In this document: piece by piece, positions 40,441-49,947 of the stretch
Layout of the letters: each line of letters begins with the position of its first letter
Numbering within the stretch: the stretch's first letter is position 1
NCBI GenBank assembly: GCA_944326905.1
Contig: CALVFU010000004.1
Span: forward strand, 16,619 to 80,618
From: Candidatus Gastranaerophilales bacterium
GTDB taxonomy: Bacteria; Cyanobacteriota; Vampirovibrionia; Gastranaerophilales; Gastranaerophilaceae
Direction: 5' to 3'
DNA length: 64,000 bases
Notes under the pieces: generated by a model
The model's database searches: none
What the model was told of the DNA's origin: nothing
The model's input: only the letters and a program-made list of their open reading frames with translations
Program-made: the position numbers and the translations under genes

Positions 40441-40484
40441 TTAATCCTCAAAATATAACTAGATATTTTGAGGATTAATTTTTT
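40441..40484 (+). terminator. Strong intrinsic terminator in an ORF-free region
   Basis: Perfect 16-bp stem TTAATCCTCAAAATAT / ATATTTTGAGGATTAA, 6-nt loop, then TTTTTT. Confidence 0.75.
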
Positions 40485-40646
40485 GATTTACTTGTATGCA
40501 CTGGCGTAACATTACAATGCCAAGATGTTGTTCTTAAAACTACCTGCTACTTATTACATTCTTGGGTGCTGTTTTAGTAGCATACTGAGAAGGCTCGGAG
40601 TTCAACAACTCAGGCAAAAATCTTTTACTACACCACTGGCACCAGC

Positions 40647-40910
40647 TTAACCGCGGATGTTAAGTTCCTTGAGTAAGCTTCTGTAACCTTCCAAGTCTTG
40701 GCTTTTTAGATAAGATAGTAATCTTTTCCTTTTACCAACAAGCATTAAAAGCCCGCGTTTGGTTGCAAAATCTTTCTTATTATTTTTTAAATGTTCAGTT
40801 AATTCACTGATTTTTTGTGTCATAAGAGCAATTTGCACACGTGCTGAGCCGGTATCTTTTTCACTGGCTCCAAATTTTGTAACAATTTCAGATTTGTTTT
40901 TTAGATTCAT
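40647..40910 (-). CDS. rpsO: 30S ribosomal protein S15
   Basis: MNLKNKSEIVTKFGASEKDTGSARVQIALMTQKISELTEHLKNNKKDFATKRGLLMLVGKRKRLLSYLK... is canonical S15. Start set at the internal Met of ORF 40647..40952. Confidence 0.9.
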   Translation of the reverse strand: MNLKNKSEIVTKFGASEKDTGSARVQIALMTQKISELTEHLKNNKKDFATKRGLLMLVGKRKRLLSYLKSQDLEGYRSLLKELNIRG

Positions 40911-41079
40911 GTTAATTTTCCTTTTTTGTTGAGTGAATATTGGCGTAAGCACTCTACTTTCCTATAATAATATAGTTTTTATCAAAAAGCAATATAAATT
41001 GTTGCGATTTGTAAAGTAACAAACTTGTCAATAATCAATTTTTTATTATAAATTGTTTTTATATAGTATAGAGGAATAT

Positions 41080-41784
41080 ATGCATAGTATCTTTGATAAA
41101 ATCAATAAACTTAAATTAGAAGCACAAAATAAAGTTTTAACGCTATCGTTAAAGGATACTTTGAGTGTTGATTATAATAATGTATTAAATAAAAAATATT
41201 ATCGCAAAGGGTGTACACTTGATATAGCTGCAGATGCGGAAAAACGGATTTTAGATATCAAGAACAAAGCTCTTGAATTAGTTAATAGATACAATAAAAG
41301 TACATTGGGTTTATTAGATTATATATCATCAAAAGGGTATAGAATTGTTCGGATTAGCGGAGCAAAAAAAATATTATCAAAAATAGATGAAACTCCAGGA
41401 TTTGTATGTGCTGCGTCAGGTTTAAGAGCTTTATATATTAATATTGTATCAGGTTCTGGTATAGGCTTAAAATCTGAACCTATGTTTATACTGGAAAAGG
41501 AAACACCTTCGATTTCTGAAATATTACATGATTTTTATTTGTGGCTTGCAATGGATATGGGACTGCCTGGGTTTGATGATAAAACGCATAAATTATTTAT
41601 ACGATATTTTGTAAAGGGAGAAGATGCTTTGTTAAAGCGTATACATGTTAATCAAATGATTATGCTTAAGCAGGCAGTTTCTCGTGACAAAGAGGCCATT
41701 GAATTTGTTATAGATTTTGAAAAAATAAATAGATCATCTAAAAAAGTTCATAAGGATTCAATTCCAAGTAAGATTTTTATATAG
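41080..41784 (+). CDS. Hypothetical protein (about 234 aa)
   Basis: ORF with an AGAGGAA RBS before MHSIFDK. No recognised domain. Confidence 0.5.
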   Translation: MHSIFDKINKLKLEAQNKVLTLSLKDTLSVDYNNVLNKKYYRKGCTLDIAADAEKRILDIKNKALELVNRYNKSTLGLLDYISSKGYRIVRISGAKKILSKIDETPGFVCAASGLRALYINIVSGSGIGLKSEPMFILEKETPSISEILHDFYLWLAMDMGLPGFDDKTHKLFIRYFVKGEDALLKRIHVNQMIMLKQAVSRDKEAIEFVIDFEKINRSSKKVHKDSIPSKIFI

Positions 41785-42883
41785 AATTTAGAATAATTTG
41801 TTTAATTTGGTCGATGGCTTTATAGTTAGTAAATTTTGAACAATTTTGCTGAAGTTGTTTTAATTTATCTGGGTGGTAAATCAAGTCTTTAAGAGTATAA
41901 AGAATAATATTTGCATCGAGGTCTTTATCTTCGATATAAATGCAGGCATTTTTGTGTTGATAACATTTAGCATTGCATCTTTGGTGATTTTGTGCAGCAT
42001 ATGGGTAAGGAACAAGAATAGGCGCTGCTTGACTTGCAGAAATTTCACTTAAACTAAGCGAGCCTGCCCTAGAGATAACTATATCTGCGGCTTTCATTAC
42101 CGTAACCATATCTGCAAAATATGGTTTTATAATTAGATTTAAATCTTTACGGTATTTAGGATAAACTAGCTCCAAGTGTTTAAGAACTTCATCGTAGTTC
42201 TTTTTCCCGGTTTGAAAAACAATTTGTAAGTCAAGAGATTCACTGAGTTCTTTAAGAATATCAATTACGGCATTATTGATACTTTTAGCACCTTGAGAAC
42301 CGCCTGTTATGCATAGTGTTAATTTATTTTTTAACCCGAGGAAAGACTTAGCGGCTTCTTTTGTTGTCGCTTTAAATTCTTTTCTTATAGGATTTCCTGT
42401 TGTGTATATATTGTTATTTTTTATAAAATCGCGAGCTTCATCAAAAGCAAGAGTAACGGCTTTTGCGTTATGAGCGAATTTCTGAGTAACGAGACCTGGT
42501 CGGGCGTCGCAGTCGTGCATAATGTAGGATACTTTCATAATATTACAAGCTAATAACAGCGGGGCTGATACGTACCCCCCAGTTGCAAATACAGCACTCG
42601 GCTTGTAGCGTGCAATATATGTGAAACATTTAATAACAGAAAAGATTAATCCGCATGCCCAGGGTAAAATTTTAAAACTTAGTTTTCTTGGCATTCCTTT
42701 AACAAAAACAGGTAAAAATTTATACTCTTTTTCAACTGTAAGTACATATTCCATATTATATGGATTACCTACATAATATACTTGACCTTCGCTGAGTAAT
42801 TCATCAGCAATTGCTATTGCGGGGTATATGTGACCGCCGGTTCCTCCTCCGGTCACGAAAAAGGTTTTAGAGGTATCTGACAT
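41777..42883 (-). CDS. murG: UDP-GlcNAc:lipid I N-acetylglucosaminyltransferase MurG
   Basis: GGGTGGHIYPAIA N-terminal motif, GGSQGA. 368 aa, last gene of the mur block. Confidence 0.9.
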   Translation of the reverse strand: MSDTSKTFFVTGGGTGGHIYPAIAIADELLSEGQVYYVGNPYNMEYVLTVEKEYKFLPVFVKGMPRKLSFKILPWACGLIFSVIKCFTYIARYKPSAVFATGGYVSAPLLLACNIMKVSYIMHDCDARPGLVTQKFAHNAKAVTLAFDEARDFIKNNNIYTTGNPIRKEFKATTKEAAKSFLGLKNKLTLCITGGSQGAKSINNAVIDILKELSESLDLQIVFQTGKKNYDEVLKHLELVYPKYRKDLNLIIKPYFADMVTVMKAADIVISRAGSLSLSEISASQAAPILVPYPYAAQNHQRCNAKCYQHKNACIYIEDKDLDANIILYTLKDLIYHPDKLKQLQQNCSKFTNYKAIDQIKQIILNSI

Positions 42884-44030
42884 TGTGCTGCATCCTTATA
42901 TTTTTTTCGTTTTCTTTAGATATATTAAATAAAATTCCAACCATCCATAATGATACCATAACAGAAGTTCCTCCGTAACTAATAAAAGGCATTGGAACAC
43001 CCGTTGCAGGGGCAAAAGAGCTTGCTACAAACATATTAAGGAAACCTTGAATACAAATAGAAAAGGTTAAGCCTAACGCGAGAAGTTTTCCATACATATC
43101 CCGGCATTTTGAGGCAATAATTACGCCTCTTTGCAGCAGGCTCCAGAATAAACAAATCAACAGCAAGCAGCCAATAAATCCCATTTCTTCAGCGTATACA
43201 GAGAATATAAAATCTGTGTGCGCTTCAGGCAGCCACGCTAATTTTTGTTTTGAATTGCCAAAGCCTGCTCCCCAGAAGTTTCCTGAGGCAATTGCAACGA
43301 GTGACTGTAATATGTTATATCCAGCGCCGAGAGGATCTGAACCGGGATTTAGCCACGTAGTAATTCTGCTTGATTGGTAATCGTGCAATCCGTTTATAAG
43401 AAATAGAATTGCTGCAGGGATTCCCATTCCAAATAGGAGCTTTAAAGAACCGCCGGCTGCTATGTACATTATAACGGAGGTTATTAAGAGTAATAAAACC
43501 ATTGATAAGTTAGGTTGCTTAAATATTAGACCCAGCATTATAAGAATTGGAATATAAGCAAGGAAAATTTTACTTTGTGTGAATAGTTTTGTCCCAGAGC
43601 AGAAAGCGCCTGCTATCAGCATAACTATTGCCGGTTTGGCAAGTTCAGAAGGCTGAAGATTAATAGGTCCTATATATAGCCATCTCTGAGCTCCGTTTAC
43701 GGTTGTACCTATGAGCTTTACCATAATTAACAGAATTATTACGATTATCGCAAAAATAAAACTTTTATTTTTATAATTATTGTAATTATAGTTGCTTAAA
43801 AAATAAGCTCCAACACATCCTGCTCCAACGCCAATAAGTTGTTGTATAAAGAATCTCAGCGGGGTGTATCCCATATCAATGCATTTTTGCGCGCTTGCGG
43901 AGAAAATTATCATTAATCCAATGACGACGAGAAATGCTACCGTCACCGCAAGGGGTTTGTCAGGAGGTATTTTACGTATATCGATATCAGGTGTATTTCT
44001 GTTATTTGTTTGAAAATTTTGATAAGACAT
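42867..44030 (-). CDS. ftsW: SEDS-family peptidoglycan polymerase FtsW
   Basis: About 10 TM helices, with the PEAHTDFIF and ISYGGTS motifs. Position between murD and murG. Start set at MSYQNF. Confidence 0.85.
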   Translation of the reverse strand: MSYQNFQTNNRNTPDIDIRKIPPDKPLAVTVAFLVVIGLMIIFSASAQKCIDMGYTPLRFFIQQLIGVGAGCVGAYFLSNYNYNNYKNKSFIFAIIVIILLIMVKLIGTTVNGAQRWLYIGPINLQPSELAKPAIVMLIAGAFCSGTKLFTQSKIFLAYIPILIMLGLIFKQPNLSMVLLLLITSVIMYIAAGGSLKLLFGMGIPAAILFLINGLHDYQSSRITTWLNPGSDPLGAGYNILQSLVAIASGNFWGAGFGNSKQKLAWLPEAHTDFIFSVYAEEMGFIGCLLLICLFWSLLQRGVIIASKCRDMYGKLLALGLTFSICIQGFLNMFVASSFAPATGVPMPFISYGGTSVMVSLWMVGILFNISKENEKNIRMQHNVRYL

Positions 44031-45360
44031 AATCTTTAAAAACTTTCCCGCGTTCTTCGTATCCGCTGAACATGTCAAAACTTGCGCAAGCTGGAGATAA
44101 TAATATAGTATCAGGTTTTAGTGATACACATTTATCAACTGCTTTTTGTAAACTTGTTTCTTTATAGATTTGTTTAAATCCGTTGTTTTTTAATTCTACT
44201 TCAAATCTGTCGGCGGCTTCACCGATTAAAATGACCGATGTTATATGTTTATTAACTGATTTGCAGAAATCATCAAGCGGTGTAAGCTTATCCCGCCCAC
44301 CAGCTATCAAGGCAACATTTTGGTTATTAAAAGCATCTATTGCGGCGATTGATGATTCAGGGTTTGTAGCTTTTGAATCATTAAAGAATGTAATTCCGTT
44401 AAATTGTGCAAATTTTTCCATTCTGTGTTCAGGGGGTGTAAAAGTTTTTAATCCTGTGCGGATATTTTCAGTCGGAAGTCCTGCCAGTTTAGAAACAAGG
44501 ATTGCGCACATTAAATTTTGATAATTATGATGACCACTCAAATTGCATTCTTCAAGTTTTATTATTTCTTCTGTAGCTCCGTTTGTTTTTATATAGATAA
44601 TGTTATTTTTTATAAAAGAGCAATTGTCTTCAGTCTCTTTATCAAACCAAAAAACTCGTCCCGGACACTTGCTGGCAAAGTCTTTAAGTGCTTTATCGCT
44701 CCCGTTAAGTATTGCAAAATCGTCTTCTGTTTGGTTTAAAAACATTTTAGCTTTGGCATTAAAGTATTTTTCCATTGAACCATGCCAAGTTATATGGTCA
44801 GGGGTAAAATTTGTCCAGCACGCAATGTGAGCCCTAAATTCTTTACTCTTCTCCAATTGAAAGGAACTAACTTCTGTAACATACCAATCAGGTTTTTCTA
44901 GTGTAAAAGATATAGGCGGCTTTCCAATATTTCCGCAGGCAGGAGCTGTAAATTTTTTAGATAATAAATGTGCGATTGCACTTGTTGTAGTTGTTTTGCC
45001 ATTTGTTCCTGTAATGCCGATAAAGGAATCTTTATTTTTAGTACACCTGTATGCAAGATCAAGTTCTGATATTACTTCTATTTTTAAGTCTTTAAGGATA
45101 TTGTAAATGGGAGCGCTGTTTGGAATACTGGGGCTTGTTACAGCAAACGATGCACCTTTGAGGAAATTAATAGTATGTCCATTGAATTCAAAATTAACAC
45201 CTTGTTTTTTTAGGTTATTAACGTCCAGAACAAATTTTTCTGGCAAATCACTAAAATCTGAAACAAAGACACTATAGCCCGATTTAAGTAAATAATGGGC
45301 TGCAGCTAGACCGCTTACAGAACATCCTAGTATTACGGCTTTATTGGAATAGTTTACCAT
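44002..45360 (-). CDS. murD: UDP-N-acetylmuramoylalanine--D-glutamate ligase MurD
   Basis: Rossmann N-domain (AVILGCSVSGLAAAHYL), GITGTNGKTTT P-loop. 452 aa. Confidence 0.9.
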   Translation of the reverse strand: MVNYSNKAVILGCSVSGLAAAHYLLKSGYSVFVSDFSDLPEKFVLDVNNLKKQGVNFEFNGHTINFLKGASFAVTSPSIPNSAPIYNILKDLKIEVISELDLAYRCTKNKDSFIGITGTNGKTTTTSAIAHLLSKKFTAPACGNIGKPPISFTLEKPDWYVTEVSSFQLEKSKEFRAHIACWTNFTPDHITWHGSMEKYFNAKAKMFLNQTEDDFAILNGSDKALKDFASKCPGRVFWFDKETEDNCSFIKNNIIYIKTNGATEEIIKLEECNLSGHHNYQNLMCAILVSKLAGLPTENIRTGLKTFTPPEHRMEKFAQFNGITFFNDSKATNPESSIAAIDAFNNQNVALIAGGRDKLTPLDDFCKSVNKHITSVILIGEAADRFEVELKNNGFKQIYKETSLQKAVDKCVSLKPDTILLSPACASFDMFSGYEERGKVFKDYVLSKFSNK

Positions 45361-46325
45361 ACTAATTGTCCTCCTGTAGCAAGAACTACCCCAAGAATCG
45401 CAAAAAACATTGAAACAAGGGCAAAATTTTTAACTATTTTTTCTTCGCTTTGGTTGCATAGTTCATAATGGTGGTGAAGAGGAGACATTTTAAATACTCT
45501 TTTCCCGGTAGTTTTGTAGCTTATAACTTGTATAATTACAGAAAGGGCTTCCATAACAAACAAGCCTGCGATAATTAGCAAGTAAAGCTCAAATTTACCA
45601 ATAACGGCAAGTGTGCCCATCAAACCGCCAAGTGCTAGAGAGCCTGTATCGCCCATAAATATTTGTGCTTTGGGTTTATTATACTTTAAGAAGCCTAATA
45701 ATGCTCCGACTGTAATTACTGATATTATTGCAAGATCAGGGCGTCTAAAATATGAACATAGAAAACCAATACCTAAAAAGACAGGAATACCGCATGATGC
45801 CGCAAGTCCGTCCAGACCGTCCGTTAGATTGAAGGCGTTCGAGCTTGATACTATAACACAAATAGCAAAAATCGGATAAAACAGTTTTAAATCAAAAAAG
45901 AAAGAGCCAAATTGAATAGCAGTTCCTCCTGCGTGTGTTATGTAAATCGCCGGGATTAAAGATATTATTACTTGAAAAAGGAGCTTTGCTTTTGCTGATA
46001 AGCCTTGATTATGTTTGCCTTTAAATTTAAGACTGTCATCTTTATAACCTAATATTGCAAATAAAAGGGTGGTAATTAAAATTATCCAGCTGTTAGCCCC
46101 AAGCTTTTGTGCTAATAAAAGTGTTATAAGAGCAGAGATAACGATAGCTGCAATTATAAATACACCGCCAGTCGTTGGAGTACCCGCTTTTTGAACATGA
46201 GTTTCAGGCGCAACTTCTCTTATATATTGTCCATGGGTAATTTTTTTCATTAAATCTATATACGGGATACCGAACAGCATTGTAAGGACTAAAGCCAATA
46301 TTCCGCCGACGCATATCATAATCAT
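45354..46325 (-). CDS. mraY: Phospho-N-acetylmuramoyl-pentapeptide transferase MraY
   Basis: AGTPTTGG, NLTDGLDGLA, MGDTGSLALGG, SPLHHHYE motifs. Confidence 0.95.
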   Translation of the reverse strand: MIMICVGGILALVLTMLFGIPYIDLMKKITHGQYIREVAPETHVQKAGTPTTGGVFIIAAIVISALITLLLAQKLGANSWIILITTLLFAILGYKDDSLKFKGKHNQGLSAKAKLLFQVIISLIPAIYITHAGGTAIQFGSFFFDLKLFYPIFAICVIVSSSNAFNLTDGLDGLAASCGIPVFLGIGFLCSYFRRPDLAIISVITVGALLGFLKYNKPKAQIFMGDTGSLALGGLMGTLAVIGKFELYLLIIAGLFVMEALSVIIQVISYKTTGKRVFKMSPLHHHYELCNQSEEKIVKNFALVSMFFAILGVVLATGGQLVW

Positions 46326-47665
46326 GTGATATCTCCTTTAAGTTTATTAATAATCTCTTCAAATTTCATAGCTCGCGAGGCTTTAAAAAATAGTATATTC
46401 CCGATATTTCTATTTTTCAAGATATACTCAGCTGCTTGTGCTATAGTTTCAAAATTTTTAGTTACACAATTTGTAATCTGTTTACTGATTTCTTTTGATA
46501 ATTCACCAACAGTAAGAACAACGGTATTTTGTGAAGTTTTGGGGTGCGTATTGATAAATTCACCGACTTGTGCGTGGTATTTTTTAGCATCTTTTCCCAG
46601 CTCTCCCATATCACCTAAAACTAAAACGGGCGTTTCGTAAGTATCAAGAACAGTCCCGACAGATGCTTTCATTGAATCAGGATTTGCGTTATAACTGTCA
46701 TTAATAACTTTGTACCCGCCGATTTTTTCGACATTCCATCTGTTTTCTATTGTTTCAAAACTTCGTAATCCTTCCCATATATTTTTCTCTGGCATTCCTA
46801 GAAATATTCCTGTATTGATTGCCGCTAGTGCATTTTCTATATTGTGAGTTCCTTCTATAGGTAGTTCATACTCAAATCCTTCATATCTAAATCTGGAGTA
46901 ACCAATATGCTGCTCAAATATGTCGGTATCTTCTATTGAGTAATACTTAACAAAGCCTTTAAACTGATTATATTTTTTAATCAGGGGGTTATTATGTGCA
47001 ATAAAAATGCCGTTATCTTTTATGTATTTGGTTAATTCACATTTAGCGGCAGCAATATTATCTTGAGAGCCAAGCCGTCCTATATGAGCAGTCCCTACGT
47101 TAGTAATTATACCTATATCAGGCTGTGCGTATTCAGAAATTAATTCTATTTCGCCTAATCCTCTCATACCCATTTCTAGAATTAGTATTTCAGTTCCATT
47201 TGGTGCATCAAATACGGTTTGGCAAAAGCCGATTTCATTATTGTGGTTTAACTTCGTTTTCCAGGTTTTATAATTTTTAGATAGTACGGTATTAACCATT
47301 TCTTTAGTTGTGGTTTTCCCGCTGCTGCCTGTTATACCAATGACTTTACAGTTTAAATTTTTTATTCTTTCTCTGGCTAGTTCCATGTACGCAGCACGGC
47401 TTTCCGAAACTACAATAATTGTTTTTACCCGCTCATCATTTATGTATTTTAGTGCGGTGTTGTTATTTGTGGTTAAAAATCCTTTGGCGCCTATTTCGAT
47501 AGCTTTTTCTATAAAATCTTCGCCGTCAAAGTGTTCACCTTTTAGCGGTATATAAAAATCATCTATTTGAACAGCTCTGGTATCAGTTGATATTTTTTTA
47601 TATTCAAATTCGGTATTTTTAATAATATTTTTATTTTTAAGACAATTAAAAAAACTACTCTTCAT
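46322..47665 (-). CDS. murF: UDP-MurNAc-tripeptide--D-Ala-D-Ala ligase MurF
   Basis: GITGSSGKTTTKEM P-loop, Mur ligase middle and C domains (DSYNANPDSM). Confidence 0.9.
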   Translation of the reverse strand: MKSSFFNCLKNKNIIKNTEFEYKKISTDTRAVQIDDFYIPLKGEHFDGEDFIEKAIEIGAKGFLTTNNNTALKYINDERVKTIIVVSESRAAYMELARERIKNLNCKVIGITGSSGKTTTKEMVNTVLSKNYKTWKTKLNHNNEIGFCQTVFDAPNGTEILILEMGMRGLGEIELISEYAQPDIGIITNVGTAHIGRLGSQDNIAAAKCELTKYIKDNGIFIAHNNPLIKKYNQFKGFVKYYSIEDTDIFEQHIGYSRFRYEGFEYELPIEGTHNIENALAAINTGIFLGMPEKNIWEGLRSFETIENRWNVEKIGGYKVINDSYNANPDSMKASVGTVLDTYETPVLVLGDMGELGKDAKKYHAQVGEFINTHPKTSQNTVVLTVGELSKEISKQITNCVTKNFETIAQAAEYILKNRNIGNILFFKASRAMKFEEIINKLKGDIT

Positions 47666-47678
47666 ATAGATTATTATA

Positions 47679-48299
47679 CTACAAAGAAAGAGTTTCCAAG
47701 TATCTAAAAACTCTAAAAATAGAAGGTTGTAATTCGTTTATTGTTTTATTTTCATCAAGTTCCAATGTTATAGTCGGGATATTTTTTTCTATACCGGCAT
47801 AAGTCCCAAGACTGCCAGGAGTTGGGTAGCCTATATCTTCACAAATTGGATATCCTGTTATTTGGGAAATTTCTTGTGCAAAAATTAAGCCTTCGCCATC
47901 GTAATTTACAACTTTATATGGAGCATGTATTGCCAGTATGAGCTTGGGGCTGTAAATATTAATAACATTTATCAAAAACTTTATTTCTTCCTCGCTTGCA
48001 GGTTCTTTTCCGCCCCAGTAGCTGTCCTTTTGACCACCTATCCAGTTTGAAGTTGGAAAATTTCTGTTTAAATCTACTTTATTAGCATTTGTCCGCGTTC
48101 CAAGAATTAAACCATCTGGATTTAAGATAGGTATAAATCCAAGATTGCTGTTTTTTTCTTCTGCTAGATAGTTCCTTATTAAATCCCGCCCCTGAGGCTC
48201 GTCTCCGTGTACTACGCCTATTACCAGAATATTAAAATTCTTGTTTGACGAGTTTATTAATTCAAGTTCGGTGCCGTTTTTTGTTATAAATTTTTTCAT
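47679..48299 (-). CDS. M14-family zinc peptidase, MpaA-like murein peptide amidase
   Basis: VHGDEPQG zinc motif, NPDG, VDLNRNFP, LAIHAP. Short 206-aa cytoplasmic form. Confidence 0.7.
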   Translation of the reverse strand: MKKFITKNGTELELINSSNKNFNILVIGVVHGDEPQGRDLIRNYLAEEKNSNLGFIPILNPDGLILGTRTNANKVDLNRNFPTSNWIGGQKDSYWGGKEPASEEEIKFLINVINIYSPKLILAIHAPYKVVNYDGEGLIFAQEISQITGYPICEDIGYPTPGSLGTYAGIEKNIPTITLELDENKTINELQPSIFRVFRYLETLSL

Positions 48300-48304
48300 A
48301 ATAA

Positions 48305-49219
48305 TTAATCAAATATTGCATTGATAAAATCAGACGGATTAAATTCTTTTAAATCCTCCATTTTTTCACCAACGCCTACTAACTTAACAGGAAGTTTAAA
48401 ATCTTTTGCAATTGCAAGAACAATTGCGCCTTTTGCCGAACCGTCCAATTTTGTAACTGCTACAGATGTCAGATTAATGCATTCTTTGAATACTTTTGCT
48501 TGGTTTAATCCGTTTTGCCCGGTATTTGCATCTATTACAAGAATGCTCTCTCTTAATGCATTAGGTATGTTTTTATTTATAACATTTTTTATTTTTGATA
48601 ACTCTTCCATAAGGTTAAATTTGTTATGCAATCTTCCGGCGGTGTCTATAAGAATTACATCATAATTTTCGTTTTTAGCTTTTTCTATTGCTTCATATAC
48701 AACGGATGCGGGGTCTGCTTTATCTCTTCTTACTATTTCTGCTCCGGCACGTTTAGACCAAATGTCTGCCTGTTCCTCAGCTGCAGCTCTGAAGGTGTCT
48801 GCTGCTGCAATTAGAACTTTTTTCCCTTTTTGTTTAAATAAATACGCAAGTTTTCCTATGAGTGTGGTTTTTCCTGCTCCGTTTACGCCGGCTATAAAAT
48901 AAATATTTATTTCGTTTTCTTTATAATCAATAGAATTGCTGCCGGCATTTTTTAATGTTTCTATAAAAGATTTCTTTAAATATTCTTTAACTTCAGACGG
49001 TTTTATACTTTTTTTGTTTCTAAGCTCGTCAATAAGTTCAGAAGCGTATCCAACGCCTAAATCTGCACTTATTAAAATATCTTCCATATCATCATATAAA
49101 AATTCAGAAAATTCATCTGCCCCTGCTACGGCATCCGTAATATTCCCAACAAGGGCTTTAGCCGTTTTAGATACGGCTTGTTTTATGTTATCAATTTTTG
49201 AAGAGAAAAATCCAAACAT
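48305..49219 (-). CDS. ftsY: Signal recognition particle receptor FtsY
   Basis: NG domain: GVNGAGKTTLIGKLA, DTAGRLHN, TKLDGSAKGA. 304 aa with no long acidic A-domain. Confidence 0.93.
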   Translation of the reverse strand: MFGFFSSKIDNIKQAVSKTAKALVGNITDAVAGADEFSEFLYDDMEDILISADLGVGYASELIDELRNKKSIKPSEVKEYLKKSFIETLKNAGSNSIDYKENEINIYFIAGVNGAGKTTLIGKLAYLFKQKGKKVLIAAADTFRAAAEEQADIWSKRAGAEIVRRDKADPASVVYEAIEKAKNENYDVILIDTAGRLHNKFNLMEELSKIKNVINKNIPNALRESILVIDANTGQNGLNQAKVFKECINLTSVAVTKLDGSAKGAIVLAIAKDFKLPVKLVGVGEKMEDLKEFNPSDFINAIFD

Positions 49220-49878
49220 TATTTTATTCCGTTATCAGCTATTACGCGGGCTAAAATTCCATTTACAAAGGAAGCACTATCATCGGTTGAATATTTCTTT
49301 GCAAGCTCTAATGCTTCGTCAACAACAACCTTAACAGGTGCATCTTTAATATAAAGTAACTCAGTGATAGCTATTCTTAAGATGTCTTTGTCCATTTTTA
49401 CCAGCCGTGAAAAATCCCATCCTGTTGAATATTTTTTTATTTCATTATCAACTTCTTCATTATGTTCTTTATATTTCTCTGCAATATTAATTACATAATT
49501 TTTAACATCATCATGAGTTTCTAAAGTCGCAAATTCGGCAATTTCTAGGCAAGCAATTGCTTTTTCGGCAATTTCAAGCATATTTTCAATGTTTTTTGAC
49601 ATATCAGATGTTAATGGCAGCTGAACAGGTTTGTTCTTAGCGCCTATCGGTCTTGAAAGATTTGTTTCGTGCTCTGCTTCATAAGTATCAATTATTTCTT
49701 TCATTTCTACTAATGAGCGGGTAGTCAGTTTTAATTCTTCTAATGTGTTATTTGATAATATTCTAACTGATTTTAAAATGATATCTTCAAAATCTTGAGG
49801 GGTATAGCTTATTATTTTTTTATCTAACTGTGAAAGTAAAATTAATGCCAATTCTCTTGCAGCACGTCTTGCTTGCAT
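49219..49878 (-). CDS. nusB: Transcription antitermination factor NusB (long form)
   Basis: ARRAARELALILLSQL N-terminus and C-terminal VVDEALELAKKYSTDDSASFVNGIL. 219 aa. TAATG overlap with ftsY. Confidence 0.8.
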   Translation of the reverse strand: MQARRAARELALILLSQLDKKIISYTPQDFEDIILKSVRILSNNTLEELKLTTRSLVEMKEIIDTYEAEHETNLSRPIGAKNKPVQLPLTSDMSKNIENMLEIAEKAIACLEIAEFATLETHDDVKNYVINIAEKYKEHNEEVDNEIKKYSTGWDFSRLVKMDKDILRIAITELLYIKDAPVKVVVDEALELAKKYSTDDSASFVNGILARVIADNGIK

Positions 49879-49947
49879 AATTAATCTCCTTTTATTAACT
49901 AATTTTGAGAAGATTTTATCATGAACAAAAGTTTTCTGCTACAAAGC

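Noticed and set aside
40560-40640. A GGGTGCTGTTT word reminiscent of the conserved start of SRP (4.5S) RNA domain IV.
   Set aside because: There is no GGAA/GNRA tetraloop hairpin or AGCAGC symmetric-loop motif on either strand.
40850-40865. When hand-translating rpsO, the T-run near 40857 appeared one base short, which would imply a frameshift.
   Set aside because: The supplied ORF track gives an uninterrupted canonical S15 sequence across this point, so this is almost certainly my own miscount of a homopolymer.
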